Shown here: piece by piece, positions 17,651-20,000 of the stretch
Layout of the letters: every line of letters begins with the position of its first letter
Numbering within the stretch: position 1 is the stretch's first letter
Sequence record: SRR31156797_201
Direction: 5' to 3' (one strand)
DNA: 20,000 nucleotides
Position numbers and translations under genes: made by a program
The notes under the pieces: generated by a model
Seen by the model: only the letters and a program-made list of their open reading frames with translations
Told to the model about the DNA's origin: nothing
Database searches by the model: none

Positions 17651-19189
17651 ATGATAAAACCCGGATTAAAAATCGGTATTGTACTTACCTTCGTATTGGT
17701 CTTGCCTTCTCTGTTTTTTTCGGCTTACGAGATTGGGAATTTGAGTCAGAACGAGGCGGTAATCGACTCCATTTACTCCGGGCAGTTGGAATCCATAATG
17801 TTTTCCATCAATCAATATTCCGATGATGTATTGAGTGGGTGGGCAAATCAGCTTGAAAAAGAATATGGAGATATCGATCAGATATTGAGTAAAAACTATT
17901 CTTTCGAAGCGATCTCTCTTATCGATACATCGGATTTCCTTTTACATACCAAAGAGAAAATACCTGAAGACAGTATTGCACTGTTGAAGATGAAGCTGCA
18001 AAGAGCATTTGATACAAATGGGAACAAAATAGAAGCTTTGCAGCGATATGTGAAAAGTGGTTATCGAAAAATAGAAAACCTACCTGCAAACTTTACCAAT
18101 AAAAGTCTTTTTGCCTTTGCTCATTTGAACGATTCAAGTAAGGTAAGTACTGTTTTCTTTTTGATAGATACAGAACGATTTATCAGGGAGAATTTGGGAC
18201 CAAAGATTCAGAATGTTGCTCAGGATCGATTTTATATATCGGTATTTAAAGAGAATAGTGAGTTTGAAGTATATTCTAATGTATTGCAGGCAGCCGATGA
18301 TAAGAATATTCGTCAGAAAAAGGAAATATGGCTGCTGCCCGAGTATGATTTGGGCATACAGATGAAAGGAAATACGATTGAAGACTTGGTGCAAAAGCGT
18401 ACTAGAACGAATATCATATTACTGATTGTTATCGATTTTGTCTTGTTGTTTGGGGCATGGTTTGTTTACAGAAACATTCGCAATCAGATGAGGTTGACTC
18501 AATTGAAATCGGAATTTATTTCCAATGTATCTCATGAAATTAGAACGCCATTGGCTTTGATTAATATGTATTCGGAAACCCTGGAAATGGACAGAATTCC
18601 CACAGAAGAAAAGAAGAAGGAATACTATAAGGTAATCAATACAGAAGCCAACCGTTTGTCGAGAATGGTGAATAATATCCTGAATTTTAATAAGATTGAA
18701 AGCGGTAGGAGAAATTATCACTTTGTGAAATGTGATTTAAATGAAGAAATTGAAAGTTTGATTTTTAATTACAAGCAACATCTTGATAAAAATGGCTTTG
18801 AGATCAATTTTACTAAAGTAGAAAGCTTACCTGAGGTGAGTGTTGATCGTGAAGCTGTTTCGGAAGCCATAATCAACTTGATCGACAATGCAGTAAAATA
18901 TAGTGCTGATGTGAAGAAGATAGAAATAGGGACTGTGATGGAAGGTAATATGCTTGGCGTTAAAGTGAAGGATTTTGGCGTTGGTATCGATCGGAAGGAT
19001 CAGGAACTGGTATTTGATAAGTTTTTTCGAGTGACCACAGGTGATCTGGCACATAAAGCAAAAGGATCGGGTATTGGTTTGAGTATCGTGAAGCATATTG
19101 TTGATGCCCACCAAGGAAAAATAGATTTGGAGAGTACCCTAGGAAAGGGGAGTTGTTTTACCTTGTATTTCCCTATAAACAGAAGCTAA
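17651..19189 (+). CDS. Membrane sensor histidine kinase (two TM, periplasmic sensor, HisKA, HATPase)
   Basis: H-box VSHEIRTPL, N-box NLIDNAVKYS, G1 DFGVGI, F-box FDKFFR, G2 GSGIGL. Confidence 0.95.
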   Translation: MIKPGLKIGIVLTFVLVLPSLFFSAYEIGNLSQNEAVIDSIYSGQLESIMFSINQYSDDVLSGWANQLEKEYGDIDQILSKNYSFEAISLIDTSDFLLHTKEKIPEDSIALLKMKLQRAFDTNGNKIEALQRYVKSGYRKIENLPANFTNKSLFAFAHLNDSSKVSTVFFLIDTERFIRENLGPKIQNVAQDRFYISVFKENSEFEVYSNVLQAADDKNIRQKKEIWLLPEYDLGIQMKGNTIEDLVQKRTRTNIILLIVIDFVLLFGAWFVYRNIRNQMRLTQLKSEFISNVSHEIRTPLALINMYSETLEMDRIPTEEKKKEYYKVINTEANRLSRMVNNILNFNKIESGRRNYHFVKCDLNEEIESLIFNYKQHLDKNGFEINFTKVESLPEVSVDREAVSEAIINLIDNAVKYSADVKKIEIGTVMEGNMLGVKVKDFGVGIDRKDQELVFDKFFRVTTGDLAHKAKGSGIGLSIVKHIVDAHQGKIDLESTLGKGSCFTLYFPINRS

Positions 19190-19200
19190 ATACATAAGTT

Positions 19201-19887
19201 ATGTACCCAATATTAATTGTAGAAGATGAGCCCGGAATGCTGATGGGTTTAAAAGACAATCTTGAATTCGAAGGCTATCAGGTGGATGTTGCCGATGAAG
19301 GAGAACTTGGTTTGAAGAAAATAACTGAGAATAAATATAGTTTGGTTTTATTGGATGTAATGCTTCCAAAGATTTCAGGTTTCGACATTTGTAAGAAGGC
19401 AAGAGCTGTTGGAGTGCAAACCCCAATTATATTGCTAACGGCAAGAGGAGAGGAGATTGATAAGGTATTGGGTTTGGAACTGGGTGCTGATGATTACATC
19501 ACCAAACCATTTGGTTTGAGAGAATTGTTGGCTAGAATTAGAGCGGTTTTGAGAAGAACTCAGTCGGTAGATAGTAAGGAAGCCAATACCAATGCCCAAA
19601 TAGGCAGGTTGAAAATAGACTTTTCATCCTTTGAAGGATTTGTGGATGGTGCAGAAGTAAAGATGTCGAGTAAGGAAGTGGAAATTCTGAATGTTTTATG
19701 GGATAAGAAGAACCAAACCGTTAGTAGAGACGATTTGTTGGATAAGGTATGGGGAACAGAATATCAACCAACATCGAGAACCATTGATAATTTCGTATTG
19801 AAGCTAAGACAGAAGATTGAAGACGATCCCAATCATGCTAAAGTTATATTAACGGTGCATGGAGTGGGATATAGATTGGTGTACTAA
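19201..19887 (+). CDS. OmpR/PhoB family response regulator
   Basis: ILIVEDE, LLDVMLP, LTAR, GADDYITKPF; winged-helix tail RTIDNF..KLRQKIE...TVHGVGY. Confidence 0.96.
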   Translation: MYPILIVEDEPGMLMGLKDNLEFEGYQVDVADEGELGLKKITENKYSLVLLDVMLPKISGFDICKKARAVGVQTPIILLTARGEEIDKVLGLELGADDYITKPFGLRELLARIRAVLRRTQSVDSKEANTNAQIGRLKIDFSSFEGFVDGAEVKMSSKEVEILNVLWDKKNQTVSRDDLLDKVWGTEYQPTSRTIDNFVLKLRQKIEDDPNHAKVILTVHGVGYRLVY

Positions 19888-20000
19888 AGCTACAAGTATC
19901 AAGTAACAAGTACAAAGTATAAAGTAACAAGTATAAAGTAATAAGTATAAAGTAATAAGTATAAAGTAACAAGTACAAAGTACAAAGTACAAAGTACAAA
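19887..20000. repeat. 7-bp tandem repeat (AAGTAnn), 15 units plus one degenerate unit, truncated by the window end
   Basis: AAGCTAC AAGTATC AAGTAAC AAGTACA AAGTATA AAGTAAC AAGTATA AAGTAAT AAGTATA AAGTAAT AAGTATA AAGTAAC (AAGTACA)x4 AA. Confidence 0.97.

Noticed and set aside
597-19426. Short ORFs overlapping genes on the opposite strand or in another frame (597-878, 2420-2707, 2562-2759, 3947-4147, 4512-4706, 8418-8603, 15255-15452, 17209-17583, 18134-18394, 18419-18721, 18827-19114, 19199-19426)
   Set aside because: All overlap well-supported genes and show no recognisable motifs; they are most likely shadow ORFs.
19887-20000. CRISPR array
   Set aside because: The unit is 7 bp with no unique spacers, and there are no cas genes in the window.

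Overview
AT-rich chromosomal window from a Bacteroidota bacterium (a TTTG-N19-TAnnTTTG promoter, A-rich translation starts mostly without Shine-Dalgarno, and gene content suggest this; a Marinifilaceae-like lineage is a guess). In order: the C-terminus of a hybrid sensor kinase, azoR, a 789-aa GAF protein, a patatin-POTRA-beta-barrel (PlpD-like) gene plus a second outer-membrane barrel, a lysC-lysA operon, a MIF-like tautomerase, an ArsC/Spx-like gene, LysR divergent from DJ-1/PfpI plus YqhD, a lipoprotein plus OMP pair, arsR-arsC-acr3, an OmpR-type two-component system, and a 7-bp tandem repeat running off the window end. Two things stand out. (1) An unannotated 18-aa Lys-rich leader ORF followed by a strong intrinsic terminator upstream of lysC-lysA, a candidate ribosome-mediated lysine attenuator in place of a lysine riboswitch. 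(2) The C-terminal half of the GAF protein shows, by eye, the ordered motifs of a divergent class III nucleotidyl (probably adenylyl) cyclase. Family assignments come from motif recognition only; no searches were run.
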